This document shows, in pieces, positions 39,269-49,593 of a stretch of 64,000 bases of DNA. A model generated the notes under the pieces. It was not told the origin of the DNA, searched no databases, and saw only the letters and a program-made list of their open reading frames with translations. Source of the stretch: Methanobacteriota archaeon (GTDB taxonomy: Archaea > Thermoplasmatota > Poseidoniia > Poseidoniales > Thalassarchaeaceae); assembly GCA_002698225.1 (NCBI GenBank), contig NZWD01000004.1, positions 20,090-84,089 on the forward strand. Direction: 5' to 3'. How positions within the stretch are numbered: the stretch's first letter is position 1; every line of letters begins with the position of its first letter. The translations under genes and the position numbers were made by a program.

Positions 39269-40387
39269 ATGGAACACCCTACCGCCCGCAGGATTCAATT
39301 CCCTCAGCATCTGTCAGATTTGTATTCTATATTCAGACAATCAATCTTGTTGATATTGGGGATATCACTTCTCTGGGGCTATGTCAGTGACTCGCTAATG
39401 ACCTCTTGGCTCGAATCACTTCCTCTAGGCAACTCCTCACTAGACCTCTCAATCTATTCTCCTTTTGATTGGCTTGAAATGAGATGGGCGATTTCTATCC
39501 TGTTGTCAATACTTACTGTAATGCCCCTCCTTTCAATTCGTCTACAGAGATTCGCTTCACCCGGACTCTTACCGAGTGAGCGTACATGGTTTTCCATTGT
39601 ACTGGCCTTCTGTACCTTAGTTCTACCAATAGCGATCATTCTGCTCTGGTGGATAGCATTTCCCGTTTTGATTGAGGCAACTCTTGCAGCAGACGCTCTG
39701 GATGGTGTTGGTAGTAGATATGATGCAGCATCAATTTTCGGCCTAGCGATAGGTGTTTCTTGGATACTTGTATGCATTATCCTTGCTACCGTAACCATGT
39801 CTCTAGCGAGACTCCTTGGAATGGTCGAAAAGGGGCGAACTAGAATGCGCAACAGATTGCTCGTAATTCTCGGAGGGGTACTGATTCTCTCGCTTCCCTC
39901 ACAATTCGAAGGACTAAGGATACTGTTAGCAATAATTGCCATGGCAATTACAGACTGGATTTCTTCCAGTCTCCCTGCAGCGGCTCTAGGAAGGCGACAG
40001 TTCGATGTTAGGAATCTCCAATCATCCACAGAAGAACCTCTCAGATTGGCCATAATCGATTGTTCCTGTGAAGGAGTATGCCCTAGTGTACCACCAGGGA
40101 GCTTGCCAGATGGAGTAGCTTCACCCACATGCGTTGCTCTTTGTCTGAATACGCATGAACAGGATGCTCTGGCAGACTTAGTTTCTCAGCATTCCATTAC
40201 AGAGCTAATAATTACTGGTTGTGATGCTGAGCCAATTCCATCTAAACTCAAGCGAAGCCTTAGCTCAAGTGGTTGTAGTACAAAGGGCCTGAGTTGGTTG
40301 GACGAAACACGCGCAGAATCAATTCATTGGAGGATGAAATCCATCACATATTCGACTCAAGAAGCAACCGAGTCTGCATTGGATTGA
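39269..40387 (+). CDS. polytopic membrane protein, hypothetical
   Basis: About eight hydrophobic helices. 5-nt gap from the upstream gene. Confidence 0.45.
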   Translation: MEHPTARRIQFPQHLSDLYSIFRQSILLILGISLLWGYVSDSLMTSWLESLPLGNSSLDLSIYSPFDWLEMRWAISILLSILTVMPLLSIRLQRFASPGLLPSERTWFSIVLAFCTLVLPIAIILLWWIAFPVLIEATLAADALDGVGSRYDAASIFGLAIGVSWILVCIILATVTMSLARLLGMVEKGRTRMRNRLLVILGGVLILSLPSQFEGLRILLAIIAMAITDWISSSLPAAALGRRQFDVRNLQSSTEEPLRLAIIDCSCEGVCPSVPPGSLPDGVASPTCVALCLNTHEQDALADLVSQHSITELIITGCDAEPIPSKLKRSLSSSGCSTKGLSWLDETRAESIHWRMKSITYSTQEATESALD

Positions 40388-40413
40388 AAGAGGTAAATCT
40401 TAGACGTAGGACT

Positions 40414-42345
40414 ATGAATGCGGTCCGGGCTGCCTTGGCAACATTAGTTCTGTTGATGGGCATTTGGGCAAATGTCAACCCTGATGTGCTCGAGGATTGG
40501 CTGAGTTCACCCGCCCCGAGTACATCAGTTCAGAGCGAGTTAGTTGGTTTGCAAGAGAGTGAGGAATGGCTCGTTCTGAGAGTCGATTTTCCAGATCGCC
40601 AGTTCGCTCAACAAAAGGCAGACTCGATGTTTGATTCGAACGGTCCAGCCAGCAATTACATCGACCAGATGAGTGGCTCTGACTCAATACTGTACGCCAC
40701 GCTCTCGGATCGTGTATGGACATCACCTAACCCTGAGAGTCATTGGGGGTATGATTCAGATGATGAGAGGGATGTGTCTGTTGATAGCCTGATTGAGGCC
40801 GCCTGTCTCGATTTATTGTCTGGAATGGATCTTTCGAGATGGGATTTCAACGATGACGGAGTAGTCGACAGACTTCTGGTTCTACATTCAGGAAGAGCTC
40901 AGGAGTCGGGAGGTGGTGCAGATGCTCTTTGGAGTCATATGTCATGGTTGAACGAGCCCTTGGAGATTGGCGACTGGAACATCGCTCACTATACCATAGC
41001 ATCTCTAGACTCTGGCATAGGTACTGTGATTCACGAAATGCTGCACCAGATGGGGGCGTACGATCTGTATGATGTTCACAGTGAAATTCCCTCTTCAAAT
41101 TGGGACGGCTTGGGAGAGTGGGATATTATGGCCAGCGGAAACTGGAATGGCGACGGACATATCCCTGCCTTGCCTGGGGCCGCCTCGCTGAATCTTATTG
41201 GAGCCGATAGGTACATCCAAGTCGACTTGGCAATAGATTCCACACATGTTCTGGAACCGATTTCAGACGGCGGTTTCGGACTCTCTATTCCAATAGCACC
41301 CGGTGAGACAATTTGGGTCACATACAGGAGTGATTCTGGTTTTGATGCCGAACTTCCTGGTCATGGCATTTTGGTCGAGCATTCTGATGAGAACAATGGT
41401 AACCCTGTCGAGAACCTAGTCAACACTGACCCCGACAATGCTTGGGTCAAGATTATCGAGGCAGATGGAGATGCAGCATTGCAAAGAGGTAGAGACTCTG
41501 GTAGCCCGGGAGATGTATTCGATGTTGACGACTCGTTCGGGTCTTCTGGGATGAAAATCAGGGATAACCGCGGCAGATTGGTAGGCTGGACTATTTTGGT
41601 AGAGCAGATGTCAGATGGTTCTGCTACAGTTTCTTTTGATTCCGGACCCCATTCTAGCATAGACGCACTTACTCCAAGATCTCCTCTTCAATTGCTTTCT
41701 ACAGAATCTGCCTTCGCTGAGGTGTTTGCTTCCGAGCCTTGTAACCTTGAGATTTCACTCTCAACCAGTCAGTCCGACAATACAGCACCCCAGTATATCG
41801 ATATCCCTGCAGGCACCCATGAGGTACAGATTCTAGCACATGACAAGATTCCCTCTGATTCATTCTCACTGATAGGATATATTGGTTGTGAGTCAGAGTC
41901 TAAAACTGACATCTCACTTGAAATCGACATAGTCGGGCATAGGATTTCGACCAAAGAACTCTATTCTGTAGTTTCTTGGGAATCCCCTTCGATAGTCACT
42001 GTTACACCCAATTACGAAGGTGGAGGGGAGATGACTTATTCGATTGCATTAGAGGGCGCTGTTTCTAGAGTTGCGACACCCCACTCTCCAGCTACATTAG
42101 GGCCGGGAGAACCAATCACTCTAGATGTCGACCCCCTGGGTCTTCTCGAGCCTGGCATGCTGGCCAGAGGTTCGATAGTTCTCTCCGATGAACACGGTTC
42201 CGAACATCGGATCCCTCTCCTATTGGAGGCCGAATCACCATTCACAGGAGGCTGGTTGGCCTGGTTTGCTGAACCTGCAAATGGATTGCTTGTAATCTCG
42301 ATATTGATATCGATTTCGATAGTCAGCGGCGGACGCCGAGATTAA
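40414..42345 (+). CDS. secreted zinc metalloprotease (HExxH; M6/InhA-like) with a C-terminal TM anchor
   Basis: Signal peptide 'ALATLVLLMGIWA' after the ATG at 40414; 'VIHEMLHQMG' HExxH motif; C-terminal TM 'LLVISILISISIV'. Confidence 0.6.
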   Translation: MNAVRAALATLVLLMGIWANVNPDVLEDWLSSPAPSTSVQSELVGLQESEEWLVLRVDFPDRQFAQQKADSMFDSNGPASNYIDQMSGSDSILYATLSDRVWTSPNPESHWGYDSDDERDVSVDSLIEAACLDLLSGMDLSRWDFNDDGVVDRLLVLHSGRAQESGGGADALWSHMSWLNEPLEIGDWNIAHYTIASLDSGIGTVIHEMLHQMGAYDLYDVHSEIPSSNWDGLGEWDIMASGNWNGDGHIPALPGAASLNLIGADRYIQVDLAIDSTHVLEPISDGGFGLSIPIAPGETIWVTYRSDSGFDAELPGHGILVEHSDENNGNPVENLVNTDPDNAWVKIIEADGDAALQRGRDSGSPGDVFDVDDSFGSSGMKIRDNRGRLVGWTILVEQMSDGSATVSFDSGPHSSIDALTPRSPLQLLSTESAFAEVFASEPCNLEISLSTSQSDNTAPQYIDIPAGTHEVQILAHDKIPSDSFSLIGYIGCESESKTDISLEIDIVGHRISTKELYSVVSWESPSIVTVTPNYEGGGEMTYSIALEGAVSRVATPHSPATLGPGEPITLDVDPLGLLEPGMLARGSIVLSDEHGSEHRIPLLLEAESPFTGGWLAWFAEPANGLLVISILISISIVSGGRRD

Positions 42346-43398
42346 CTATCTCCTGCTTGGATTACTCCATCTAGAGTCAGCTGGCGGCCTAGAGATCGAC
42401 AGGTACTCCCATGAATCTTGAACTTGCAGAGGATGCAACCAGATCTTACCTACACCTGCTGCAAGTCGGGAAGCAAGGCAAGCTCCCTCCCAGTCACTAG
42501 GAGCCTCTGCTGGGTGAACTACAAGCCATGGCGCATGCTCTTCTCCCAGTGGCTTGTGATAGCACCTCCAACGAGTACCATACTTGAAACCGGGTCTAGG
42601 GTGGAGGCCTTTGGATAACAGATCTCTCAGAATACTGGAACCCATCGATAAATTATCCTCATCAGAGAATATCATCTGTGAGGCAATAGAATCTAGAATT
42701 CTTCCGTGAGGATGAGGTACACCAATCCTCTCATCCGGCCATTCCTCGTCTTCGAAAACGATTACTGATCCATTAGCAAGAGGCTTGAACTTCCTGTGAC
42801 GTATCTGTTGCACCGCTTGATTACTCAATCTTCCCATTTCACCCGATGGAGCGGCCGTCGAGACTCTGTAGGATACTACTGAACTCTCATCATCTACTAC
42901 GATGACCTCTGCGATTCTGTCACGTGAAGAGACTTCTTCAGACCATTCGTATAGGTCCTCTGCATCCAGTTCCGAACTCGCATGGAACCACCTCACCTCT
43001 GCAATGGGCCCCTCATCTCGTGGATGTGTGTCTGAAGGCCACCTAGCCGCCCAAGTAGAAAGAGAATGATCAACATCCAAATCATTCAGGTTTGCATTAA
43101 CTACCACTTTGTTTCCAGGTACCCTTAGGGCTTCCATTACTACTGCTTCGTCCAATAGACAAAGATCATCTCCAACTGCATCAACTAGCCATTCAGGATA
43201 GGGTAGATCCAGGTGCCTGTGTTCGTTACAGAAGATTACTTCCGCACCAGTCAATAGTAGTCTTGACTGTCCCATAGGCCTACCTATGGCTGATTTGGCC
43301 CAGAGTCGGTCGGATGCTTGACCGGAGTAAAGCCAGCCTTCACGGTGTTTCTCCACGGCTTCGCCATAAGGTTCCCGACTTGAGTGCGCCGGTGGCAA
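42346..43398 (-). CDS. endA: tRNA-splicing endonuclease (two-repeat EndA type)
   Basis: C-terminal catalytic repeat 'GFKYGTRWRCYHKPLGEEHAPWLVV' matches the EndA 'KFGxDFxxY...H..yLV' triad region. The 350-aa size fits the duplicated-repeat form. Confidence 0.55.
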   Translation of the reverse strand: MPPAHSSREPYGEAVEKHREGWLYSGQASDRLWAKSAIGRPMGQSRLLLTGAEVIFCNEHRHLDLPYPEWLVDAVGDDLCLLDEAVVMEALRVPGNKVVVNANLNDLDVDHSLSTWAARWPSDTHPRDEGPIAEVRWFHASSELDAEDLYEWSEEVSSRDRIAEVIVVDDESSVVSYRVSTAAPSGEMGRLSNQAVQQIRHRKFKPLANGSVIVFEDEEWPDERIGVPHPHGRILDSIASQMIFSDEDNLSMGSSILRDLLSKGLHPRPGFKYGTRWRCYHKPLGEEHAPWLVVHPAEAPSDWEGACLASRLAAGVGKIWLHPLQVQDSWEYLSISRPPADSRWSNPSRR

Positions 43399-43429
43399 AC
43401 ATCATTCGCATTCCATACCACGCAGGAGC

Positions 43430-44479
43430 ATGGAGGGCGACGCAGACAGAGTAAAGGTGCTTGCTAGATTAGGAGACATGCTTGACTCAATAGAGGAGTC
43501 TAAAGTAACCCTAATCGGAGATGTGATGCTTGACAGATTCCACCATGGTTATGCTAACAATCTTGATTCCACCGCTCCTGTACCTGTCCTCAAAATAATG
43601 AGGACAGAAGAGACCCCGGGAGCCGCTGCTCACATCGCTATGGGCCTGCGATCATTAGGTATGCAAGTTAGTTTACACTGCTGTGTCGGTGACGACAGAG
43701 AGGGTAGCACGATAGTATCCAAACTCGCTGAGCACGAGATACCGACAGAGGGAATACATTCTGTACCTAATCGCAATACTCTAACCAAGATTAGGTTCTA
43801 CGGTAGCAGAGAGAGTTTGTTGGACGAGAGCCAGATTTTGTTACAAGCAGATCGTGGACCAAGAGATCCCCTACCTGAAGAAGTTAGGAAATCGGTGGCT
43901 GAAGGGGCTATTAATGAAATCTCAGAAAGCAACGCAATTGTATTGTCAGATTATGACAAGGGAGTGTTAGATACAGAGACATCACTGATGTTGATTTCTA
44001 TTGCAAAGAAAGCAGGACTTCCCGTAATTGTAGACCCTAAACTCACAGGTCTAGATCGGAGCGCTGGGGCTGATGTCGTTCTATTTGAGAATCGTGGACT
44101 AAATCTTCTATCTCGCAGGCAGGGTTCTTCCGACCAATCTAGTACTGCATCTAACCTGATATCACAGTATGGTTGGGGTGCCCTACTAGTTCTCAGAGGT
44201 ACTGAAGGAGTTACCTTGTACAGAGACGGTGAGGAACCGTCCCACATCCCCTGCCTATCCCCTTCTGCGGTCCAGCAAATCGGTTTACACGACGCTGCAG
44301 CCACAGCTCTAGCTGCAGCACTTGGAAATGGACTCTCAATGGTCGAAGCTGCCACCTTAGCAGCAGCTGCATGTGACTGCATCCTAGCCGCTGAGGCCAG
44401 TAGGGAGTTTGTGGACAAACAGACATTGAGACTCTGGATAGATGAACTATCGTGGCAACTTAGAATCTCAGACAGATGA
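43430..44479 (+). CDS. PfkB-family carbohydrate/nucleoside kinase (HldE/RfaE kinase-domain-like)
   Basis: 'VTLIGDVMLDRFHHG' resembles the 'VLVIGDVMLDRY' N-terminus of RfaE domain I. The ribokinase-like fold ends in a C-terminal 'DAAATALAAAL' (GAGD-like) region. Confidence 0.65.
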   Translation: MEGDADRVKVLARLGDMLDSIEESKVTLIGDVMLDRFHHGYANNLDSTAPVPVLKIMRTEETPGAAAHIAMGLRSLGMQVSLHCCVGDDREGSTIVSKLAEHEIPTEGIHSVPNRNTLTKIRFYGSRESLLDESQILLQADRGPRDPLPEEVRKSVAEGAINEISESNAIVLSDYDKGVLDTETSLMLISIAKKAGLPVIVDPKLTGLDRSAGADVVLFENRGLNLLSRRQGSSDQSSTASNLISQYGWGALLVLRGTEGVTLYRDGEEPSHIPCLSPSAVQQIGLHDAAATALAAALGNGLSMVEAATLAAAACDCILAAEASREFVDKQTLRLWIDELSWQLRISDR

Positions 44480-44527
44480 AATCATCTATACATTGGATTC
44501 ATTACCAGCAGAGATTGCCATCGCATC

Positions 44528-45988
44528 ATGAGGTCGAGATGCTTAGTGATGACCATAGCATTCTTACTCTCGATAATCGTTTCACTACCATCTACTAGTG
44601 CCGAGACCAAAGATCCGGCCATTATCGGATTCGATTTTGAGAATGGCCTATCTATCAACGAGTCAATATCGCTTTCAGGTTCAATTGAGTCGGACACATT
44701 TCCTGATTCGGTCATTTGGAGCATTGAATCAGACCCCTCTACTATGGTACAATTGTATGACAATCAGATTAATGATTCATTACAGGAAACACAGTCACAG
44801 AGCGGCCGAATGACATGGTCTTGGCAGGCTAATTTGGAAGTTGAATGGTCCCATTGTACATGCTATTTCACCATCACAGTAATCATCGGAGAATATAGTT
44901 GGAGCGAAACCAGAGTACTATTCATCGGAGATACATTGCGTTCCGGACTTCTAATCGACTCACCAGTTGATGGGGATTGGACTCATGAATCAATTGTTGT
45001 CACTGGTTGGAGCTCCCATCCTACAGTCTGGGCGGATTCAGAGACCAGATTCTTCACCTATCCGGCAACTAACTCAGTCCAGTCTTGCTCGGAGGAAGGA
45101 GACTCCGATATGACTCAACTGCTATCTGTGATTAGTTCCGAAGGAGATTACTCTTCAACAATAAACATCTCAGCGCTGGAAGATGGTTGGTATTCGTTGT
45201 ATGTTGAGAACTACGATCCCTCCAGAGTCGCCTTTGCTCAACAGTGTGTAGGTATTCGTGTAAATAACGCCCCTCCCGAGATTGTCATCAATGGAGAACC
45301 ATATCACATTGAGAGCCTAGGCGAGATAACCTTCGATGCTAGTGCATCAGATGACCTATACTGGGGCAGAGAGGAGATGGAATACATGTGGGTACTACGC
45401 AAACCATCACACAATGGTCAGACACCAATTGATATTGAATTCGGAGGCAGCACATACTCGCTGTCCGCAAATAGCGGAGGGGACTATTCACTGACTCTCA
45501 GGCTGACCGATTCAGGAGGGGTCTCTTCAACTTCGATATTTCAGTTCGTTATCGAGAACCAGAAGCCCAACGCAGCCGGTTCAATATCCGGAATTCCAAT
45601 AATTGATGGAGATACAATCAGACTTAGTGACAGTGATGAATGGGAGTTAGATGCTTCTGATTCTAGTGATTCTGAAAACGATATTTCTAGCCTCAGATGC
45701 ATCTGGAAGATAGATTATGAGCCTATTTTCGAAGGTTGCCAAAGATCATTGACATGGGCTTCAGAGATTGAATCGGATTCTTGTATCTTGACTCTAGAGG
45801 TAATTGATAATGACGAGACTTTTTCCAGTATCTCGGTTATACTAATTCATCCCGATTCAACTGAACCCCTCCCCTACTCGCTGATAGTCCTCTTGGTTTC
45901 GGCACTATTCCTAATCTCAGCCATTTTCCTAAGATACCGTTCTTCGGATGACTCAACAGGCATTCCCAGTTGGGACTCAGACAAGTAG
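44528..45988 (+). CDS. secreted surface protein with beta-sandwich (PKD/Ig-like) repeats and a C-terminal TM anchor, hypothetical
   Basis: Signal peptide 'IAFLLSIIVSLPSTSA', repeated beta-rich modules, and C-terminal 'LIVLLVSALFLISAIFLRYR'. Confidence 0.5.
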   Translation: MRSRCLVMTIAFLLSIIVSLPSTSAETKDPAIIGFDFENGLSINESISLSGSIESDTFPDSVIWSIESDPSTMVQLYDNQINDSLQETQSQSGRMTWSWQANLEVEWSHCTCYFTITVIIGEYSWSETRVLFIGDTLRSGLLIDSPVDGDWTHESIVVTGWSSHPTVWADSETRFFTYPATNSVQSCSEEGDSDMTQLLSVISSEGDYSSTINISALEDGWYSLYVENYDPSRVAFAQQCVGIRVNNAPPEIVINGEPYHIESLGEITFDASASDDLYWGREEMEYMWVLRKPSHNGQTPIDIEFGGSTYSLSANSGGDYSLTLRLTDSGGVSSTSIFQFVIENQKPNAAGSISGIPIIDGDTIRLSDSDEWELDASDSSDSENDISSLRCIWKIDYEPIFEGCQRSLTWASEIESDSCILTLEVIDNDETFSSISVILIHPDSTEPLPYSLIVLLVSALFLISAIFLRYRSSDDSTGIPSWDSDK

Positions 45989-46031
45989 AATCCCTCATAA
46001 GCAACCCTCAGTAGACCGATGATGGGGATAC

Positions 46032-47339
46032 ATGGTGCTAACTTTCTCAGCAACAGAGTATTCGAATCGGCAATCAGCCTTCCTAGGTCAATTACCAGAC
46101 GACTCAATAGTAATCATACCCACTAATCTCCAAGCAGTCAGATCTAACGACACTCATTTTCCATTCAGGGCGAACTCGTACATGCTCTACCTGTGCGGTT
46201 GGGGCGAGCCTGAGTCAGTATGGATAGCCACCAACTCAGGAGGGGATTGGATAACATCGCTGTTCGTCCCCCCTCAAGACACCAAGGCTGAGATTTGGGA
46301 AGGTAGACGGGCCGGCCCAGAAGGGGCAGCCAAGAATTGGCCTGTGGACGAGGCCCATTCTATACTTAATCTGAATACTATTGTTTCCTCTATGCTAGGA
46401 AATTGTGACAATGTGTACGCCATCCGTGGCCTGAATTTAGAAATCGACTCCATGTTAGATGTCTACGAGAAGGAAGTACTGAATCCAAAACCTCACCTAG
46501 ATTCTCTGAGAGTAATCAAATCCGAGGCTGAGATTGAGTTGATGAGAGAGTCTGCCGAGCTAGCCTCGCGGGCTCATGTACTTGCGATGAGATCAGGAAA
46601 ACCTGGCGTGGGTGAATGGCATCTTCAATCAATAATCGAATCATGCTTCACTTCGAATCGCAGTCATTGGGCCTATCCGTCAATAGTTGGAGGTGGAGAA
46701 AATGCAGCCATTCTGCATTACAATTCTAATTGTGATGCTGTTGAAGATGGAGACTTAGTTCTCATTGATGCCGGCTGCGAGATTGAAGGATATGCCTCTG
46801 ATATCACCCGAACTTGGCCGGTCAACGGGAATTTTACCGAGGCCCAGAGAGAAATTTACGATCTAGTTCTGAATGCACAACTTGCAGCAATAGGGGCATG
46901 TCAACACGGAGCTCACTGGATTTCATTCCATCAAGCTGCATCGAGAGTGATAGCACAGGGATTGATCGATCTAGGAATACTGGATTGTACTTTAGAAGAA
47001 GCTATAGGTGACCCAAAGGAATTCGATGGACCATACAGGAACTATTTCATGCACGGAACCGGCCATTTCCTCGGACTCGATGTCCATGATGTTGGAGGAG
47101 GGAGGCAAGGCGACAAGGACGCTGGCCCAATACTCAAATCGGGGATGATTGTCACTGTTGAACCCGGCCTGTACTTTGGCAGTTGGAGAACAGATGTCGA
47201 GATCCCTGAGAAGTATGCGGGAATTGGAGTCAGAATAGAAGATGATATTTTGATTACGGAAGATGGTCCAGTAGTTCTGACCTCTTCTTGCCCGAAGGAG
47301 ATTGGTGATATGGAAGCCATCATCGGGCAAGGGAGTTGA
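46032..47339 (+). CDS. Xaa-Pro aminopeptidase (M24B family)
   Basis: PepP-type N-domain, 'HGTGHFLGLDVHD' and 'GMIVTVEPGLY', the M24 metal-ligand motifs. Confidence 0.8.
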   Translation: MVLTFSATEYSNRQSAFLGQLPDDSIVIIPTNLQAVRSNDTHFPFRANSYMLYLCGWGEPESVWIATNSGGDWITSLFVPPQDTKAEIWEGRRAGPEGAAKNWPVDEAHSILNLNTIVSSMLGNCDNVYAIRGLNLEIDSMLDVYEKEVLNPKPHLDSLRVIKSEAEIELMRESAELASRAHVLAMRSGKPGVGEWHLQSIIESCFTSNRSHWAYPSIVGGGENAAILHYNSNCDAVEDGDLVLIDAGCEIEGYASDITRTWPVNGNFTEAQREIYDLVLNAQLAAIGACQHGAHWISFHQAASRVIAQGLIDLGILDCTLEEAIGDPKEFDGPYRNYFMHGTGHFLGLDVHDVGGGRQGDKDAGPILKSGMIVTVEPGLYFGSWRTDVEIPEKYAGIGVRIEDDILITEDGPVVLTSSCPKEIGDMEAIIGQGS

Positions 47340-48510
47340 GCGCTTGGCACAATGGAAGGAGATTCTACAGGCTCAGTCTGAAAACTCCCCATCTAGGCTT
47401 AGCGTAAAAGATGCCACTATACTGTACGAGCACGCTGAATTGACAGAACTGATGTATGTCGCATCGATTCACCGTAGATTGAAAATCCCAGGAAATCAAG
47501 TCACATATCTAGTTGATAGGAATGTGAATTACACCAATGTGTGTACAATCAACTGCCAATTTTGCTCCTTCTATCGACCCCCTGATCATCCAGAGACCTA
47601 TCTCCAGACTGTTGAACAAATCAGTCAGAGGTTCTCTGAGTTGGAGAATATCGGAGGTTCACGTGTACTCATGCAGGGAGGAGTTCATCCTGATCTTTCT
47701 CTAGATTGGTATACAAATATGATACGAGAATTGCGTCAAAGACACCCTTCCATAGAATTAGATTGCTTCTCTCCGATTGAGATTGAGGGAATTTCAGATA
47801 TCTGCGGATTATCAACTAAAGAGGTTCTGGAAGAACTCCGTGCTGCAGGAATGCATGGTTTACCAGGAGGCGGAGCTGAGATGTTGGTTGATGATGTACG
47901 ACTGGATGTTTCTCCAAAGAAAGGCTCTGCTCAAAACTGGCTGCGTGTGATGGGCGAGGCTCAGGAATTGGGCCTGACTACCTCGGCGACAAATGTATTC
48001 GGATTAGGCGAATCGATCTTGCAAAGATTAGAGCATATGAGTAAAATCAGGGATTTGCAGGATGTGGCGATTAGCAATGGCCATGTTGGATTCACATCAT
48101 TCATCGCTTGGCCCGTGATGCTTGAGAATAATTCTCTTGGTCTCAGAGAGAGTGGGATGAACAAGTATATTCTCGGCGCTAGCGCTAATGAATATCTCAG
48201 GCATGTTGCTATATCTCGTTTATTCTTAGATAATATCGATCATATTCAGGCATCTTGGCCAACTATGGGAATTAAGGTTGCTCAGATGGCGCTTTTCGCT
48301 GGAGCGGATGACATAGGTTCGACGATGATGGAGGAGAATGTTGTCTCTTCTTCCGGCTCTACTAAATCACGAGCATCGGAGAATGAGTTACAGATGATTG
48401 TACATAGAGCCGGATTCATACCTAGGAAGCGTGATTCTGATTACAATCTGCTAGATACTGATTCTACTACTAAGCAGGAATTCGCCCCTCCTCCTTCACA
48501 GACGATATAA
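47302..48510 (+). CDS. radical SAM enzyme of the MqnC/MqnE/CofH family (futalosine-pathway-like)
   Basis: 'YTNVCTINCQFCSFYR' CxxxCxxC cluster and 'GLPGGGAEML' downstream, matching the family layout. The start is uncertain because it overlaps the pepP end. Confidence 0.6.
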   Translation: MVIWKPSSGKGVERLAQWKEILQAQSENSPSRLSVKDATILYEHAELTELMYVASIHRRLKIPGNQVTYLVDRNVNYTNVCTINCQFCSFYRPPDHPETYLQTVEQISQRFSELENIGGSRVLMQGGVHPDLSLDWYTNMIRELRQRHPSIELDCFSPIEIEGISDICGLSTKEVLEELRAAGMHGLPGGGAEMLVDDVRLDVSPKKGSAQNWLRVMGEAQELGLTTSATNVFGLGESILQRLEHMSKIRDLQDVAISNGHVGFTSFIAWPVMLENNSLGLRESGMNKYILGASANEYLRHVAISRLFLDNIDHIQASWPTMGIKVAQMALFAGADDIGSTMMEENVVSSSGSTKSRASENELQMIVHRAGFIPRKRDSDYNLLDTDSTTKQEFAPPPSQTI

Positions 48511-49590
48511 TCAGTTAGACTCGACTCGACCGCTTCTTACTGGCATTACAGGTATTGAATCTAGCCTCTCCCGATCATTAACTAAGACTGGCTTAATCCA
48601 TTTCATCCTAGTGCCATCGTCTCTGACAGCATCAATTACTATCTCCCAATGAATTGCAATCAGTGCAGAATATATCGAACCAGGCCATATTTGTCGAGGA
48701 CCAGGTAGGCTATATCTACCAGAGGAGATATCCAAATCAACCCATTCTCCCCAATCCATTACCCTGAGTGGCTCTAGTAGGAGCAACCTCGGATGCTCGA
48801 TAGCCAAAGGAATCGACTCCCCTACCCCAGTCCCAAGTTCCTCACCTGCAGTTATCCTTCTATCGGGAAGGCGAGTGGACATCCCAGGTGCAGATTGCCT
48901 GCCTTCCTCGCGTCCCAGGGCTTCAAGCATTTTTTCACGCTCGGGAACTATCATTCCCACTTGTAATCTAGCTTTCTGAGTTATCACATCGACAGGGACT
49001 TGTTGTAGCAGCAGGTCCAGAGTATTTCCTTCAATCTCAACTGTTGTCAATATGTCATCGAGCGGTGAAGAGATGTATCGGTTTTGTCTCCTGATATCGC
49101 GCAAATTGGCTATAATCCTGAATATGATGGGGACAATGAATAGAGGGAACGAGAAGAAGAGCAGTTTTGGGTAGTCTAGTGGCCCTATCCGATAGGACCC
49201 AGCGATTGACTCGGAGAGTAGACCACTCGCAACAAGCCCCGGCTCAAGACTGTGGATGAGCAAAGAGAAGATGATTATCACGACTGCCGGACGAATGGCC
49301 CTTCTAGCAAGAGAATGAAGTGGATCTGGTTCGATGTACCATCCATTCCTAGTCCTGGTGATGAATTCAAAAGGTTCTCTAGAGATTTCACATGTGAGTG
49401 ACGGCAAATCGTCTTCGTTTGGCATCAACGACCTCCATTCGACATTCCAATCCTCATCATGTCCAATTGAGAATGCAGGAGGGGGTTTCTGTTCTGACTC
49501 GACGACTACCTCAATCATTGAGACACCTAGAGGATCCATACTAGCATGTTCGAATGGAGGATATCTGAGTCTCTGAACTGAACGGAACAT
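48511..49590 (-). CDS. membrane protein, hypothetical
   Basis: 359 aa with two central TM helices. Directly downstream of geranylgeranyl reductase (3-nt gap). Confidence 0.45.
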   Translation of the reverse strand: MFRSVQRLRYPPFEHASMDPLGVSMIEVVVESEQKPPPAFSIGHDEDWNVEWRSLMPNEDDLPSLTCEISREPFEFITRTRNGWYIEPDPLHSLARRAIRPAVVIIIFSLLIHSLEPGLVASGLLSESIAGSYRIGPLDYPKLLFFSFPLFIVPIIFRIIANLRDIRRQNRYISSPLDDILTTVEIEGNTLDLLLQQVPVDVITQKARLQVGMIVPEREKMLEALGREEGRQSAPGMSTRLPDRRITAGEELGTGVGESIPLAIEHPRLLLLEPLRVMDWGEWVDLDISSGRYSLPGPRQIWPGSIYSALIAIHWEIVIDAVRDDGTRMKWIKPVLVNDRERLDSIPVMPVRSGRVESN

Positions 49591-49593
49591 TAC

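Noticed and set aside
39454-40128. 224-aa minus-strand ORF
   Set aside because: Antisense to the polytopic membrane protein 39269..40387, with no independent support.
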